A stretch of DNA of 64,000 bases, taken from positions 74,400,933-74,464,932 of the forward strand of contig NC_057711.1 in assembly GCF_004010195.1 (NCBI RefSeq), read 5' to 3'. The stretch's first letter is position 1; every line of letters begins with the position of its first letter. Of this stretch, positions 12,880 through 26,074 are shown piece after piece. The DNA is from Chiloscyllium plagiosum. Lineage: Eukaryota. The position numbers were made by a program, and so were the translations under genes. A model generated the notes under the pieces. It ran no database searches. It saw only the letters and a program-made list of their open reading frames with translations, and had not been told where the DNA came from.

Positions 12880-15677
12880 CATTGTTGGATCATTCAAAGC
12901 TCTTTTGGGGTAGAAGTGACCTGTACAAGAAGGATGGGTTACACCTAAATTGGAAGAGGACTAATATACTGACAGGGAGATTTGCTAGAGCTGCTTGGGA
13001 GGATTTAAATTTAGTAAGGTGGGTTGGGGTGGGGTGGTGGGACCCACAGACCTAGTGAGGAAAGATTTCAATTTGAGACTGGTACAGTTGAGAACAAAGG
13101 TGAGTCAAACAGTCAGGGCAGGCAGGAACAAAGCAGAAGACAAGATAGGACTGATAAATTCAACTGCATTTATTTCAATGCAAGAGGCCTAACAGGGAAG
13201 ACAGTTGAACTTATTGGAAACATGGGACTGGGATATCATAGCAATTACAGAAATGTGACTCAGGGATGGGCAGGACCAGCAGCTTAATGTTCCAGGATAC
13301 AAATGCTACAGAAAGGACTGAAAGGAGGCAAGAAAGGAGGGGGAGTGCCATTTTGATAAGGGATAGCATTACAGCTGTATCTAAGGAGGATATTCCTGGA
13401 ATTACATCCAGGTGGAACTGAGAAATAAGAAAGAGATGATCACCTTATTGGGATTGTATTATAGACCTCCTAATAGTCAGAGGAAAATTGAGAAACAAAT
13501 TTGTAAGGAGATCTCAGTTATCTGTAAGAATAATACAGTGGTTATGGTAAGGGATCTTAACTTTGCAAACATAGACTGGGGCTGCCATAGTGTTAAAGGT
13601 TTAGACGGAGAGGAATTTGTTAAGTGTGTACAAGAAGATTTTCTGATTCAGTATGTGGATGTACCTACTAGAGAAGGTGCAAAACTTGACATCCTCTTGG
13701 GAATTAAGGCAGGCCAGGTGACTGAGGTGTCAGTGGGGGAGCATTTTGGGGCCAGCAACCATAATTCTGTTAGTTTTAAAATAGTGATGGAAAAGGATAG
13801 ACCATATCTGAAAAGTTGAAGTTCTAAATTGATGGAAGGCCAATTTTGACCGTATTAGGCAAGAACTTTCAAAAGCCATTAGGCACAGATATTCACAGGT
13901 AAAGGGATGGCTGGAAAATGGTAAGTCTTCAGAAATGAAATAATGAGAATCCAGAGAAAATATATTCCTGTTAGGGTGCAAGGGAAGGATAGCAGATATA
14001 GGGAATGTTAGATGACTAAGAAATTGAGGGTTTGGTTAAGAAAAAGAGGAAGAATATGTAAGGTATAGACAGGATAGATCGAGTGAATCCTTAGAAGAGT
14101 ATAAAGGCAATAGGAGTATATTAAAGAGGTAAATCAGGAGGGCAAAAAGCGGACATGAGATAGCTTTGGCGAATAGAGTTAAGGAGAATCCAAAAGGTTT
14201 TTACAAATACATTAAGGACAAAAGGATAACTAGAGAGAAAATAGGGCCATTCAAGGATCAGCAAGGCAGCATTTGTGTGGAGCCGCAGGAGATGGAGCAG
14301 ATACTAAATGAGAATTTTGCATCAGTATTTATTGTGGAAAAAGACATGGAAGATATAGAATGTAGGGCAATAGGTGGTGACATTATGAAAAATGTCCAAG
14401 TTATAGAGGAGGAAGTGCTGGATGTCTTGAAATGCATAAAAGTGGATAAATCCCCAGGACCTGATCAGGTGTAGCCTAGAACTCTGTGGGAAGCTGGGGA
14501 AGTGATTGCTGGGCCTCTTGCTGAGATATTTGTATCATCGATAGTTACAGGTGAGGTGCCGGAAGACTGGAGGTTGGCTAACATGGTGCCACTCTTTAAG
14601 AAAGCTGGTAAGGGCAAGCCAGGGAACTATAAACCAGTGAGCCTGACATCAGTGGTGGGCAAGTTGTTGGAGGAAATCCTGAGGAATAGGATGTATATGT
14701 ATTAGGAGGGATGAATGCAAGGAACCCTCCAACCACAAGGGATGAATGCAGATTTCTCCAGCTTCCTCATTTCCCCTCCCCCCACCTTATCTCAGTCCCA
14801 ACCCTCGGACTCAGCACCGCCTTCTTGTCCTGCAAATCTTCTTCCCAACCTCTCCGCCCTCACCCCCTCTCTGGCCTATCATCCTCACCTTAACCTCCTT
14901 CCACCTATTGCATTCCCAACGCCACCCCCCCCCCCCTCCCCAACTCCCTCCTCCCTACCTTTTATCTTAGCCTGCTTGGCATACCTTCCTCATTCCTGAA
15001 GAAGGGCTTATGCCCGAAACGTCGATTCTCCTGCTTCTTGGATGCTGCCTGACCTGCTGCGCTTTTCCAGCAACACATTTTTCAGCTCTGATCTCCAACA
15101 TCTGCAGTCCTCACTTTCTCCTAGGACATTGGTTAGGCCACTGTTGAAATATTGCGTGCAATTCTGGTCTCCTTCCTATCGGACAGATGTTGTGAAACTT
15201 GAAAGGGTTCAGAAAAGATTTACAAAGATGTTGCCAGATTTGGAAGATTTGAGCTATAGGGAGAAGTTGAATAGGCTAGGGCTGTTTTCCCTGGATTGTT
15301 GGAGGTGATCTTTTAGAGGTTTATAAAATGATGAGGGGCATAGATAGGACAAATAGACAAAGTCTTTTCCCTGGGGTCGGGGAGTCCAGAACTAGAGGGC
15401 ATAGTTTTAGGGTGAGGGGGAAAGATATAAAAGAGACTTAAGGGGCAACGTTTTCATTCAGAGGGTGGTACGTGCATGTAATGAGCTGCCAGAGGAAATG
15501 GTGGAGGCTAGTACAATTGCAACATTTAAAAGGCATCTGGATGGGTATATGAATAGGAAAGGTTTGGACAGATGTGTACAGGTGGGACTAGATTGGGTTG
15601 GGATATCTGGTCAGCATGGAGTTGAGCCAAAGTGTCTGTTTCCATGCTGTACATTTCTATGAGCCTATGACTCTATG
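12880..15677 (+). mobile_element. CR1 LINE (ORF1 end, endonuclease, part of RT, 3' end); RT core missing at a Penelope insertion
   Basis: FWGRSDLYKKDGLHLN, CIYFNARGL, LGLYYRPPNS, DKSPGPDQV, VPEDWRLAN and LVRPLLKYCVQFW; (ctatga)n tail. Confidence 0.92.
14705..15122 (+). mobile_element. Penelope-like 3' fragment with an intact-looking minimal hammerhead motif (14996-15023)
   Basis: GTLQPQGMNADF is the PLE ORF end, followed by a C-rich UTR. Motif CTGAAGA-A-GGGC-TTAT-GCCC-GAAAC-GTC; terminal tail cctcactttctcct. Confidence 0.88.
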
Positions 15678-15859
15678 GGAGTTAATATTGACCAGAATTT
15701 GAACTGATTTAGCTATATAATACTGTGGCTATACGGTGGAAGGTCAGAGGCCTGATGTCATGTCAGAGGAAGTCACCTCCTGTCTCATTGCCTTTAGTAT
15801 TGTTCTGATTACTACTACTGTTACCTTGTAGTATTGGCCACTTCTGCTATTTAAAAAAA

Positions 15860-16203
15860 ATTCATTTATTGGATGTGGGTGTCATTAGCTATGCCAGCAT
15901 TTATTGCCTAACCTTAATTGCACAGAGTGCAGTTAAAAGTCAACCACATTTCTGTGGGTCTGGAGTCACATGTAGGCCACATTAGGTAAGGATGGTAGAC
16001 TTTCTTCCCTCAAAGACATTAGTGAACCAGGTGGGTTTTTCCAACAATCAATTCATGGTTATCCTTAGACTCTTATTTCCAGATTAATACTGAATTCAAA
16101 TTTCACCATTTGCCTTGGTGGGATTCAAACCCAGGTCCTCAGAACTTTACCTGGGTCTCTGGATTAATCGTCTAGCGATAATATCACTAGACCATTGCCT
16201 ACC
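15860..16203 (-). mobile_element. tRNA-derived SINE (second family, with a LINE-shared 3' tail)
   Basis: Minus-strand head ggcaatggtctagtg...gggtttgaatccc has A/B-box-like motifs. The tail gcaataaatgctggc is shared with LINE tails at about 22700 and 27600. A paralog lies at 48895-49225. Confidence 0.8.
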
Positions 16204-16214
16204 CCTGAAGTATG

Positions 16215-17660
16215 CTCGTATGTTGTACTGGGCTGGAGTTGGTTAGGGGTAGTTCATAGCCACCATTCCTCCTTTGTCCATGTTGTTCCTGGAGTCTGTC
16301 CAACTACCCGCCTAGAAGATAGACCTTTGGCGAGTCTAAACAAAAAGGACATCTGTCTTATTAAGCAAAATGGCTTATTGAATAATATCTATAATTCTAG
16401 TTCAGATTACTGGTTAGATACTAAGGATTTTACAGAATATATCTGCTACATATTGAACTCTACTGTCTCCTTCCAAAGATTGAGTGGCATCTCTTTCAGG
16501 TCATTCGGCTCATACAATACCTCACCTTCCCATAAACATTTGTTTCCACAGTTAACCTTATATATACATAAACAATCTTTACATATAACTATATGTACAT
16601 TTATCATTACCCCATCTCCCCACAAGTCTTTGACTTCACAAATACAGGAAGCTAGAATGTTTCACTGGTTTCCCAGAACTCACTCTTTTTGCAGTAGGAA
16701 TAATGGGAGGTCTCTACCTTGAGGACTATTGGTCCAGATTCTGATCTGTGGGGGCATTTCTTTAGAAGCAGATCTTTTCTCTTGGATATCCTTTGTGGAA
16801 GATGATATTCCTTGTAGACCTACTTATTCCTCTATAACCTTTCTGGAAGACCTTTAATCTCCTGAATTCCCTTCACAGAGGAACCCTTCCCTGCTAACTC
16901 AGGTAGTTGCTCCATAAAAGCATCTGACACACCTTTAATCTTATGAATGTCCATCAGGGAAGACAGCTGTTTTATTGAAACAGTTCTAAGTTATTTGCAA
17001 TACCATAGCTTTCTCGAACAGACTTTCTAATAGGAGAAGGTACTGTCTTTTACACTGCATCCTGAATGCTTAATCCAGCTATTTATTTGTCTTGACCATG
17101 TCCTGAATCCATGGACAAAGGTCTGTATATAGTCATATGCAGCAGATGTTTATCAAGTTCTTGATCATGTACCTTATCTTCAGGCCATCTGAAATCGTTT
17201 GATTGAAATAATTTTTTTTCACTCTCTCAGTATTGTGACTGGAAGGATACTGCTCTCTCAGTATAATTATTGTTATTGACATTGACAGTTCTGCTAATAT
17301 CATTGTGTTCACCAGGCTGTTCTGCTATGGGAACAACAGCAGTTAGAAATTCCTGAATGAGCTCAAATGTGTTTTACTGATATTTTCGTTCTCAGTATTT
17401 GTTTCTTGTTACAAACACGGCTGGGTTTTCTCTTTTGGTCTGTTTTCAGTGATGACAGGAGTGTTTTCCACACCTCACAGTTCAGTACAATTCCAGATTT
17501 CAAAAGGGTAATAATCTATTTTGAGGTCTCTGGCCACCACAACTCTGACTAAGCCCCGGTTATGCACGTGGACATGCCTACATTTTCCTAGTGTATCCTT
17601 TGCAATACATCTTCCTGGAAGGAAACAGAAATAATTGGTCTTCTACTATAATCATGGGTA
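16215..17660 (-). mobile_element. Degraded Gypsy LTR-retrotransposon remnant (integrase zinc-binding region at about 17515-17615)
   Basis: Minus-strand translation EDVLQRIH*ENVGMSTCITGA*SELWWPETSK*I resembles Gypsy integrase H..H.G...C...A...VWWP. Extent outside this motif is uncertain. Confidence 0.5.
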
Positions 17661-17737
17661 AATCATTCATTGTTTTGAAAAGATGTCAGAGCTTAAAGTC
17701 TGTGTATCCAATCAAATTGCTGGATGTTTGTCTAGCT

Positions 17738-17870
17738 TCTGAAGAAGAATTACACTTGAAATGTTGACTCAGTTTTTCTCTCCACCGATACTGTTAGACT
17801 TCTTGAATTTCTCCAATATTCTCTCTGTTTGTTTCAGATTTCCAATGTCTACAGTATTTTGTTTCATTTC
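17738..17870 (+). mobile_element. Old Penelope terminal fragment with a decayed hammerhead
   Basis: ctgaagaagaattacacttgaaatgttgactc followed by a PLE-like tail. Confidence 0.5.
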
Positions 17871-18326
17871 AGTGCAGCATGATGGTTGGAATGACTAAAT
17901 TGTAGGACCAGAGCTCAGGGTGTAATGTTGAAAGATTAAGTCATAATTCAGCACGGTGTATGGGAACATTTAGTAGTTTTGTGCTGGTGGTCTCAACGAG
18001 AAGATACCAACGGGTCTTTTGACTACTATACTGAATCCACAACTTGCCAAGCACAATCTGTGAAAACTTCTATGCTCATGTAAATGTGCGATGAAAATGT
18101 TTGTGACCACACCAAGACTGGGCAGGGTTAGGGTCTTTTTTTCCCTTCTGTCTGAACACATAGCTACTTCATGTGAGCAATGTGAGGCCCTTCAAGGGCA
18201 ATTGCATCAATCAGAAACTTTTAAAGTACAGCTTGATGGCATCTATAACCAGAGCTTCCTGAATATGAAATATATGCAACTCCTAGTCACAAATAATCGT
18301 GACCATGTCATAGAACATTGAACATA

Positions 18327-21300
18327 GAACATTACAGCGCAGTACAGGTCCTTCGGCCCTTGATGTTGCGCCGACCCGTCATACCAATCTGAAGCCCATC
18401 TAACCTACATTATTCCATGTATGTCCATATGCTTGTCCAATGACGACTTAAGTGCACTTAAAGTTGGCGAATCTACTACCGTTGCAAGCAAAGCATTCCA
18501 TATCCTTACTACTCTCTGAGTAAAGAAACTACCTCTGACATCTGTCCTATATCTATCACCCCTCAATTTAAAGCTGTGCCCCCTCGTGCTCGCCGTCATC
18601 ATACTTGGAAAAAGGCNNNNNNNNNNNNNNNNNNNNNNNNNNNNNNNNNNNNNNNNNNNNNNNNNNNNNNNNNNNNNNNNNNNNNNNNNNNNNNNNNNNN
18701 NNNNNNNNNNNNNNNNNNNNNNNNNNNNNNNNNNNNNNNNNNNNNNNNNNNNNNNNNNNNNNNNNNNNNNNNNNNNNNNNNNNNNNNNNNNNNNNNNNNN
18801 NNNNNNNNNNNNNNNNNNNNNNNNNNNNNNNNNNNNNNNNNNNNNNNNNNNNNNNNNNNNNNNCACTGGTAACTGGACTCCAGGATGAACATTTCCCATC
18901 AACCACCACCCTCTGTCTTCTTTCAGCAAGCTAATTACTGATCCAAACTGCTATATCTCCCACAATCCCATTCCTCCACATTTTGTACAATTGTCTACTG
19001 TGGGGAACCTTATCGAACGCCTTGCTGAAATCCATATACACCACATCAAATGGTTTACTCTTATCTACCTGTTTGGTCACCTTCTCAAAGAATGCAATAA
19101 GGTTTGTGAGGCACGACCTACCCTTCACAAAACCGTGCTGACTATCCCTAATCAAATTATTCTTTTCTAGATGATTATAAATCCTATCTCTTATAATCTT
19201 TCCCAACACTTTACCAACAACTGAAGTAAGGCTCACTAGTCTATAATTACCAGGGTTGTCTCTACTCCCTTTCTTGAACAGGGGAGCCACATTTGCTATC
19301 CTCCAGTCTTCTGGCACTATTCCTGTAGACAATGATAATTTAAAGATCAATGTCAAAGGCTTGGCAATCTCCTCCCTGGCTTCCCAGAGGATCCTAGGAT
19401 AAATCTCATCCGGCCCAGGGGACTTCTCTATTTTCACCCTCTGCAGGATTTCTAATACTTCTTCCTTGTGAACCTCAATCCTACCTAGTCTAGTAGCCTG
19501 TATCTCAGAATTCTCCCCAACAACATTGTCGTTTTCTAGAGTGAATACTGTTGAAAAATATTCATTTAGTGCTTCCCCATCTCCTCTGACTCCACACACA
19601 ACTTCTCACTACTATCCTTGATTGGCCCTAATCTTACTCTCATCATTCTTTTATTCCTTAAATACCTATAGAAAGCCTTTGGGTTTACCCTGATCCTAGC
19701 CGCCAACAACTTCTCATGTCTCCTCCTGGCTCTTCTGAGCTCTCTCTTTAGGTCTTTCCTGGCTACCTTGTAACTCTCAAGCGCCCTAACTGAGCCTTCA
19801 CATCTCATCCTAACATAAGCCTTCTTCTTCCTCTTGACCAGAGATTTCATTTCCTTCGTAAACCACGGCTCCCGCGCTCTACAGCTTCCTCCCTGCCTGA
19901 CAGGTACATACTTATGTAGGACACTCAGGAGCTTTTCCTTGAATAAGCTCCACATTTGTAATGTGCCCATCCCCTGCAGTTTCTTTCCCTATCCTATGCT
20001 TCCTAAATCTTGCCTAATCATATCGTAATTGCCTTTCCCCCAGCTGTAACTCTTGCCCAGTGGTATACACCTATCCCTTTCTATCACTAAAGTAAATATA
20101 ACAGAATTGTGATCGCTATCACCAAAGTGCTCACTTACTTCTAAGTCTAACACCTGGTCGGGCTCATTACCCAGTACCAAATCTAATGTGGCTTCGCCCC
20201 TTGTTGGCCTGTCTACATACTGTGTCAGGAAGCCCTCCTTCACACTGGACAAAAATTGACCCATCTATAGTACTCGTACTATAGTGTCCCCAGTCAATAT
20301 TTGAAAAGTTGAAGTCCCCCATGACAACTACCCTGTCTCTCTCACTCCTATCAAGAATCATCTTTGCTATCGTTTCCTCTACATCTCTGGAGCTATTCGG
20401 AGGCCTATAGAAAACTCCCAACAGGGTGACCTCTCCTTTCCTGTTTCTAACCTAAGTCCATATTACCTCAGTTGACAAGTCCCCAAACATCCTTTCTGCA
20501 ACTGCAATACTGTCCTTGATCAACAATGCCACACCTCCCCCTCTTTTACCATCTTCTCTGTTCTTACTGAAACATCTAAATCCTGGAACCTGCAACAACC
20601 TTCACCCACCTTATTCTGGATGCTCCTGGCGTTGAAGTAGACACACTTCAAACCAACTTCCTGCTTGCCAGTGCCATCTTGCGTCCCTGAAACTTGATTT
20701 CGGACCTCCCTATTCTCAACCTTTTCTATACTCGACCTGCAATTTTGGTTCCCATCCCCCTGCTGTATTAGTTTAAACCCACCCCAACAGCCTTAGCGAA
20801 TTTCCCTCCAAGGATATTGGTACCCCTCTGGTTCAGATGAACACCATCCTGCTTGTAGAGGTCCCACCTACCCCAGAAAGTGTCCCAGTTATCCAAGAAT
20901 CCAAAACTGTCCCTCCTGCACCATCCCTGTAGCCACGTGTTCAACTCCCCTCTCTCCCTATTCCTTGCCTCACTAGCACGGGGCACGGGCAACAAACCAG
21001 AGACAACAACTCTGTTAGTTCTAGCTCTAAGCTTCGAACCTAGCTCCCTGAATTTCTGTCTTAAATCCCCATTTCTCTTCCTACCTATGTCATTGGTGCC
21101 TATGTGGACCATGACTTGGGGCTGCTCCCCCACTTCTCCCACCCCCACCCCCCAGCCAAAGATCCCAAAAACACGATCAGAGACATCACGAACCCTGGTA
21201 CCTGGGAGCAACACACCAACCGTGAGTCTCTCTCGTCTCCACAGAACCTCCTATCTGTCCCCCTAACTATGGAGTCCCCAATGACTACTGCTCTGCTTCT

Positions 21301-22030
21301 CTTCCCCCTTCCCTTCTGAGCAGCAGGAACAGACTCTTTGCCAGAGCCCTGTGCCCCACTGCTTTCCCCTGGTAAGTCGTCCCCCCAAAAGTATACTTAT
21401 TGTTGAGGGGAATGGCCACAGGGGATCTCTGCACTGCCTGCTGGTTCCCTTTCCGTCCCCTGACTGTAACCCATCTGCCTTTTTCTTGTACCTGAGGAGT
21501 GACTACCTCCCTGTAACTCCTCTCAATAACCCCCTCTGCCTCTGGAATGATCCAAAGTTCATCCAGCTCTAGCTCCGGTTTCCTAACACGGTTTTCGAGG
21601 AGCTGGGGTTGGGTGCACTTCCTTCAGATGTAGTCAGCAGGGACACTAGTGGTTGACCCTTACCTCCCACATTCTGCAGGAGGAACATTCAATTGCCCTC
21701 ACCTCCGTTTCCACAATTTTAAATTCCCAAAGAGACTGTTGATAAAATAAGGAGTAAAAAATAAACTCGTTACCTTACCAATCTGGTGCACAGAACCTTT
21801 TTGTTTTGTTTAGAGGAGGAGGATGGGTGGGAGACACTACCTGAGTAGTGTTTCGGGTAACGCAACCACACAAATATATGACTTCCCAGAAGTCCTTCGC
21901 TCCTCCCTTGCACCTCTCGACAAATGGAGACCCGACTCCCGAGGTAAGTCCCTTTTAATATGGGAAATCTCACCCTTCCCAGCAGCCTTCACTTCACCTC
22001 TCCTTCTCTCCTTGCTGCTCTGGAAATTGG
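18327..22030 (-). mobile_element. Apparently full-length CR1 LINE (5' UTR, ORF1 zinc finger and esterase, ORF2 EN-RT, 3' tail) with a 12-bp TSD; disabled
   Basis: CSSCRMWE zinc-finger region at about 21600-21690; ORF 20768-21214 (VMVHIGTNDIG...DGVHLN); GVFYRPPN and VVMGDFN; ORF 18931-19599 (QHGFVKGRSCLTNL...YMDFSKAFDKVPH). acattgaacata occurs at both 18315-18326 and 22031-22042. Confidence 0.92.
18617..18863. other. Assembly gap (247 N)
   Basis: Run of N. Confidence 1.
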
Positions 22031-22189
22031 ACATTGAACATAATAATTTTTTAGTGAAGCAAACACAATCGCAAGTAATCTTAAAAGTGTCCAGACCACA
22101 ATGCACAAAGATTCTGCAAGATCCAATAGGCTCTGCAAGGGCACAGAACTGATTTCCTCTCAAGTTACAATGTCCAGGAGAGGATGAGT

Positions 22190-22730
22190 AAGTGTCCACC
22201 ACACAGTCCTATCTTCACATCCCATCGTGATGTGTGGTAATATCACTGTGCAATGTGGAAAAGACTTGAAACAGATCTAGAAACTCAAGACTGGACATCC
22301 ATGAATCACTGTGAAATGTCAGTAGCAGTAGCATTATAACTTGTCACAATCTGCAGCCTCATGGCCCAAACTATTCTCCATTCTATCATTACCAGCAAAC
22401 CAGGGGATTAACCCTCATTGCAGAATAGCATGCTAGGAGCAACACAACACATACCTAACCATGGGAAGTGACAAGCAGTAATATTAGTTTATAAGTGAGG
22501 AAAGTTGATTTTGAACTGCATAAACATTTTCATCTATCTTGTGCTCTGTATTGCAATATACTCGTAGCATACATAGATCATTAGTCCACCTATGCCATCT
22601 CTGTGAGCTCCAATTTTCTGAGTCTGCAGCCATGGTAACTGCTCTGATAAGACTGTGGCAGTTCAAGGAGGTAGCTTACCACTATCTTCTCTGGGACAAT
22701 TGATCATGTGCAAAAATTGCTGGGCTAGCT
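22190..22730 (+). mobile_element. Old CR1/L2-group LINE fragments including a 3' tail
   Basis: Tail gcagttcaaggaggtagcttaccactatcttctctgggacaattg...aaattgctggg is homologous to 27540-27630. Confidence 0.5.
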
Positions 22731-23199
22731 AGTGAAGACACATCCGAACAAACTTTTTAAAATGACCCTGCCACTTGTACCAAGCTTAAATTTAACAGGA
22801 TATTTATGGGTGAAAACGAGCTCAATTAATCCAAAATCATTGCGATCACAAAGCTCTCCTAAGAATGCCTCAGATTTCTTTTCTAAAAGAGATTGGTACT
22901 GAGATCTTTGCATATGTAACATCCTTCCTTGTGTTGCTTTGTAACTTGGTGCTGCAACTATTTTAAATCTGTAACATTTTAATATTGCTTATAATCTACT
23001 GTTGTTTAAGATTGTGTTTTTGTATTCATTTATGCTGTGTTAAATTTAATTACTGTCATACTCGCTAGACTGTCCAGTATGTTTATTGTTTGCCAGTTCT
23101 TTAAACTCTACATTGATGCCATGTAGTATTAAATGTTTCAAATCTATAAGTTGTATTATTGACAGTTCTGCAGTGAATTACAGCTTTCAAAATCCTATT

Positions 23200-23985
23200 T
23201 CTTCCTACTGCTGTTTCTCTACATTGCTAATTGGTTTATCCACATTTTAGGATTTCCCCATCCTTTGTTGAACAATTAGATGGTGACTGCACCTTTTTCA
23301 TAGTTTTTCCATCCCCTGTAACCAAAGTAGAGATTTTCCACTTATTCAGAACAAAATGGATGTTTTCCCATCTTCTCCAATCAAATGCACCAAGCACTTA
23401 TTTCAACATGAATTTTTAAATAAAGTGCTCTGGCTGTTGCCTTTATAACTCTTCCTGTTGAAACCTTGGTTTAATAATTAAGTCATGGCCCTTTTCAATC
23501 TTTAATTTATCCTCACTTCTTCTTAACTGTTTCACTGGATTTCTCATATTTTCCTTCTTTTCAGCTTCAATGAACTTTGAGTCTTCCAGTCCTACAGCCT
23601 GAGTATAAATGGTTTCTCTGTCCTTTAGTTGTCTCTTGCTGCCTTGCTTGGTGGAGCCTTTTCTCAACAATGACAACACTTTTTGAAAAAGACGAGAGCT
23701 CTATTGTTTGCTCCCTTGACTTCCCTTTCTGGTCTTTGCATAGTTTTCATACATTTATCCACTTTTCACTTAAGGATCTCTCACATTACTTCTGAACCCT
23801 TCTCTTGCATCTTACAGATCTTCCTTTGTTAATAAATATGGGCAGATTTTCTGACTTTTCCTACTCCATTTAATTTTTCCCGCACTTCTTGCCAGCTTTT
23901 TGGTGAATGTTTGCCTTTGGAATGTTGCTTCCTCAGCTCTTCAAGTCTGTCTCTCACAATTGCATATCAGATGCTGAATGTCTTT
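23200..23985 (-). mobile_element. Purine-rich decayed ORF, possibly the C-terminus of an RTE-clade LINE
   Basis: Minus-strand KCLVHLIGEDG and GWGNPKMWINQL loosely resemble RTE W.GH..R.EDG and RGRP..RWID. Many stops. Confidence 0.3.
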
Positions 23986-24094
23986 CCTTTTTTTTGTAAT
24001 CCATTAATGGAATGCGGATGTCATTGGCTAAGCCAAACTTATTGCTGGAGAAGAACATAACTGGAGGAGGTGGTCTTGAGATTTTTTTTTGATG

Positions 24095-24432
24095 GAGTCA
24101 TAAAACTGTACAGCATGAAACAGACTACTCGCCCATGCTGACAAGATATCCTAAATTAATCTAGTCCCATTTGCCAGCATTTGGCCCATATCCCTCTCAT
24201 CACTTCCTATTCATATACCCATCCAGACACCTTTTAAACATTGTAATTGTACCAGCCTCCACCACTTTCTCTGGCACCACCCTCTGCATGAAAATGTTAT
24301 CCCTTCGGTCCCTTTTATATCTTTCCATTCTCACCCCTAACCTATGCCCTCCAGTTCTGGACTCCCCCACCCAGGGAAAAGACCTTGTCTATTTAACCTA
24401 TCCATGCACCTCATGATATTATAAAGCTCTAT
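24095..24432 (-). mobile_element. CR1 3' end fragment
   Basis: IELYNIMRCMDRLNRQGLFP plus the CR1 3' UTR. Confidence 0.85.
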
Positions 24433-24673
24433 ACGATCTGATAGTATTTCGTGTTGAGGGACACCCACAGTCCAGTTAAGAAGGGAGTTCCATGACTTTG
24501 ACCCAGCAGCAGAGAAGGAACAATTATATAGTTCCAATTAAGAATCATATAGCTTGGAGGTGGACTTACTGATTGTGATGTTCCAATGCATCTGCTCCCT
24601 GGGGAGTAAAGGTGTATCCTGTACATTGTACACACTACTGTATTGGTGATGAAAGGACTAAATGTTGCAGGAG

Positions 24674-26074
24674 TGTAGGATTGAGCAGAACCCCCCCAAC
24701 ATCTAAAACACTGGACAAGTCGCTGGATTTTTCTAACATCTAAAGCACTGGACAAAATCCTGAGCTGAGGCTGCAACAAAACACATATGGAGGCAGGATG
24801 GTTTTAGTCTTCGACTATTGTTCGGCCTGGAAATCCAATTTACAACTCCACTCTAACAGAACAATTAACCAAACCTAACACTCTAGACTTAAACCAACTG
24901 TTACACCTCGGGCTACCCAGCAGAGACAGAATGGGGCTGATACCGATACCGAGCACTCAACTTCAATTGAAATCCATTCACAGAGATACTGGACATCCAA
25001 CTTCAATTAAAATCCATTCACACATACTTCTAACTATCAGGAAACCGATTGACTTCAAAGGAACACCAGAAACACAATGGCAAGCACAGATTTGGTGCAA
25101 AGATAAGGGTCCAGAAGGTGTATAATTGCAGGCATGGACCTCACTTCAGGCACCTATCCCTACAGCTATTCTCCAGTAGGCATTCCAGGCAGCTATCCCC
25201 AGACAAGTTCCAGGCAGCTCCACCCGAGAGCCTACCGAAGAGCTATCCACAGAAATGTTCCAGGCGGCCAACAGCTAATTCCAGTGGCTATTTCCAATAG
25301 CTATCTCCAAAAAAGGGGACACCAATAGTAATTCTGAGAGTGACCGACACGGGCCTGTTCCGAACTAAGGGGAACCAACGGCAACTGATTGTGACCAGCA
25401 GACCTAAGAACAGACAAACTCCAAAAACCACTGACTCAACCTACACAACAACGTCTCAGACTCCTCCTGAGGTAAAATCCAGGCCTGCGAAACCACCAGA
25501 AAGTAAGGAAAACCAAATAATAACCCGATCGATCCATGATGCATCCTACTGCACCAGCGGACTCAACCCAGACTGCAGGCTTACACAGTCCAAAGTCTTC
25601 ATCCAGGCACTAGGGATAGCAAGCAGGAACAGCTAGCTTTATTTCAAAATCTTGCATTCCCCAGTGATGAGCTTAAACTCCCAAGACCTCAAAGTTTCTG
25701 AACTAGCTAGCAGGAAGGAGAAGGTGGGTGGTGACAGAACATGGGATACCGAGGGTAGGAAGCCTGATTAATATTTCTGTGATTAAAATCCTTGTTTTAG
25801 GTTCAAATAGCGTTTAATCTGCGTTTAGTTTAATAGTGTGTTTAATTACTGTCATTTATATAATTGATTATGTTAAATTCACTTTATTTTTTTCTATTAT
25901 ACTTACCTTTTTGTATTTCAATAAACACAGAGATTATTTTGCCTTGAAATACCTGTCCACTGCTGTCTTCATTTCACATTCCCTGAATAATTCCAGTGTT
26001 GAGAACCAAAGATATGGGGGTCTTTCAAACTACCTAAAATCAGCAAATTACTGATTGCCAACCAGAACCCAGCA
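24674..26074 (+). mobile_element. Solo-LTR-like element (TG...CA, about 1.4 kb)
   Basis: Starts tgtaggattgagca and ends ccagaacccagca; AATAAA at about 25920. Homologous to 45480-46313. Cleanly interrupts a LINE; no convincing TSD. Confidence 0.65.

Noticed and set aside
16195..16722. 175-aa plus-strand ORF
   Set aside because: Non-ATG start, no recognisable domain, and it overlaps repeat-derived sequence.
18405..18934. Several ORFs crossing N runs (also 26375-26925)
   Set aside because: Artifacts of assembly gaps.
18931..19599. Longest RT ORFs as evidence of an active LINE
   Set aside because: Every CR1 copy has stops or frameshifts; none has an intact ORF2.
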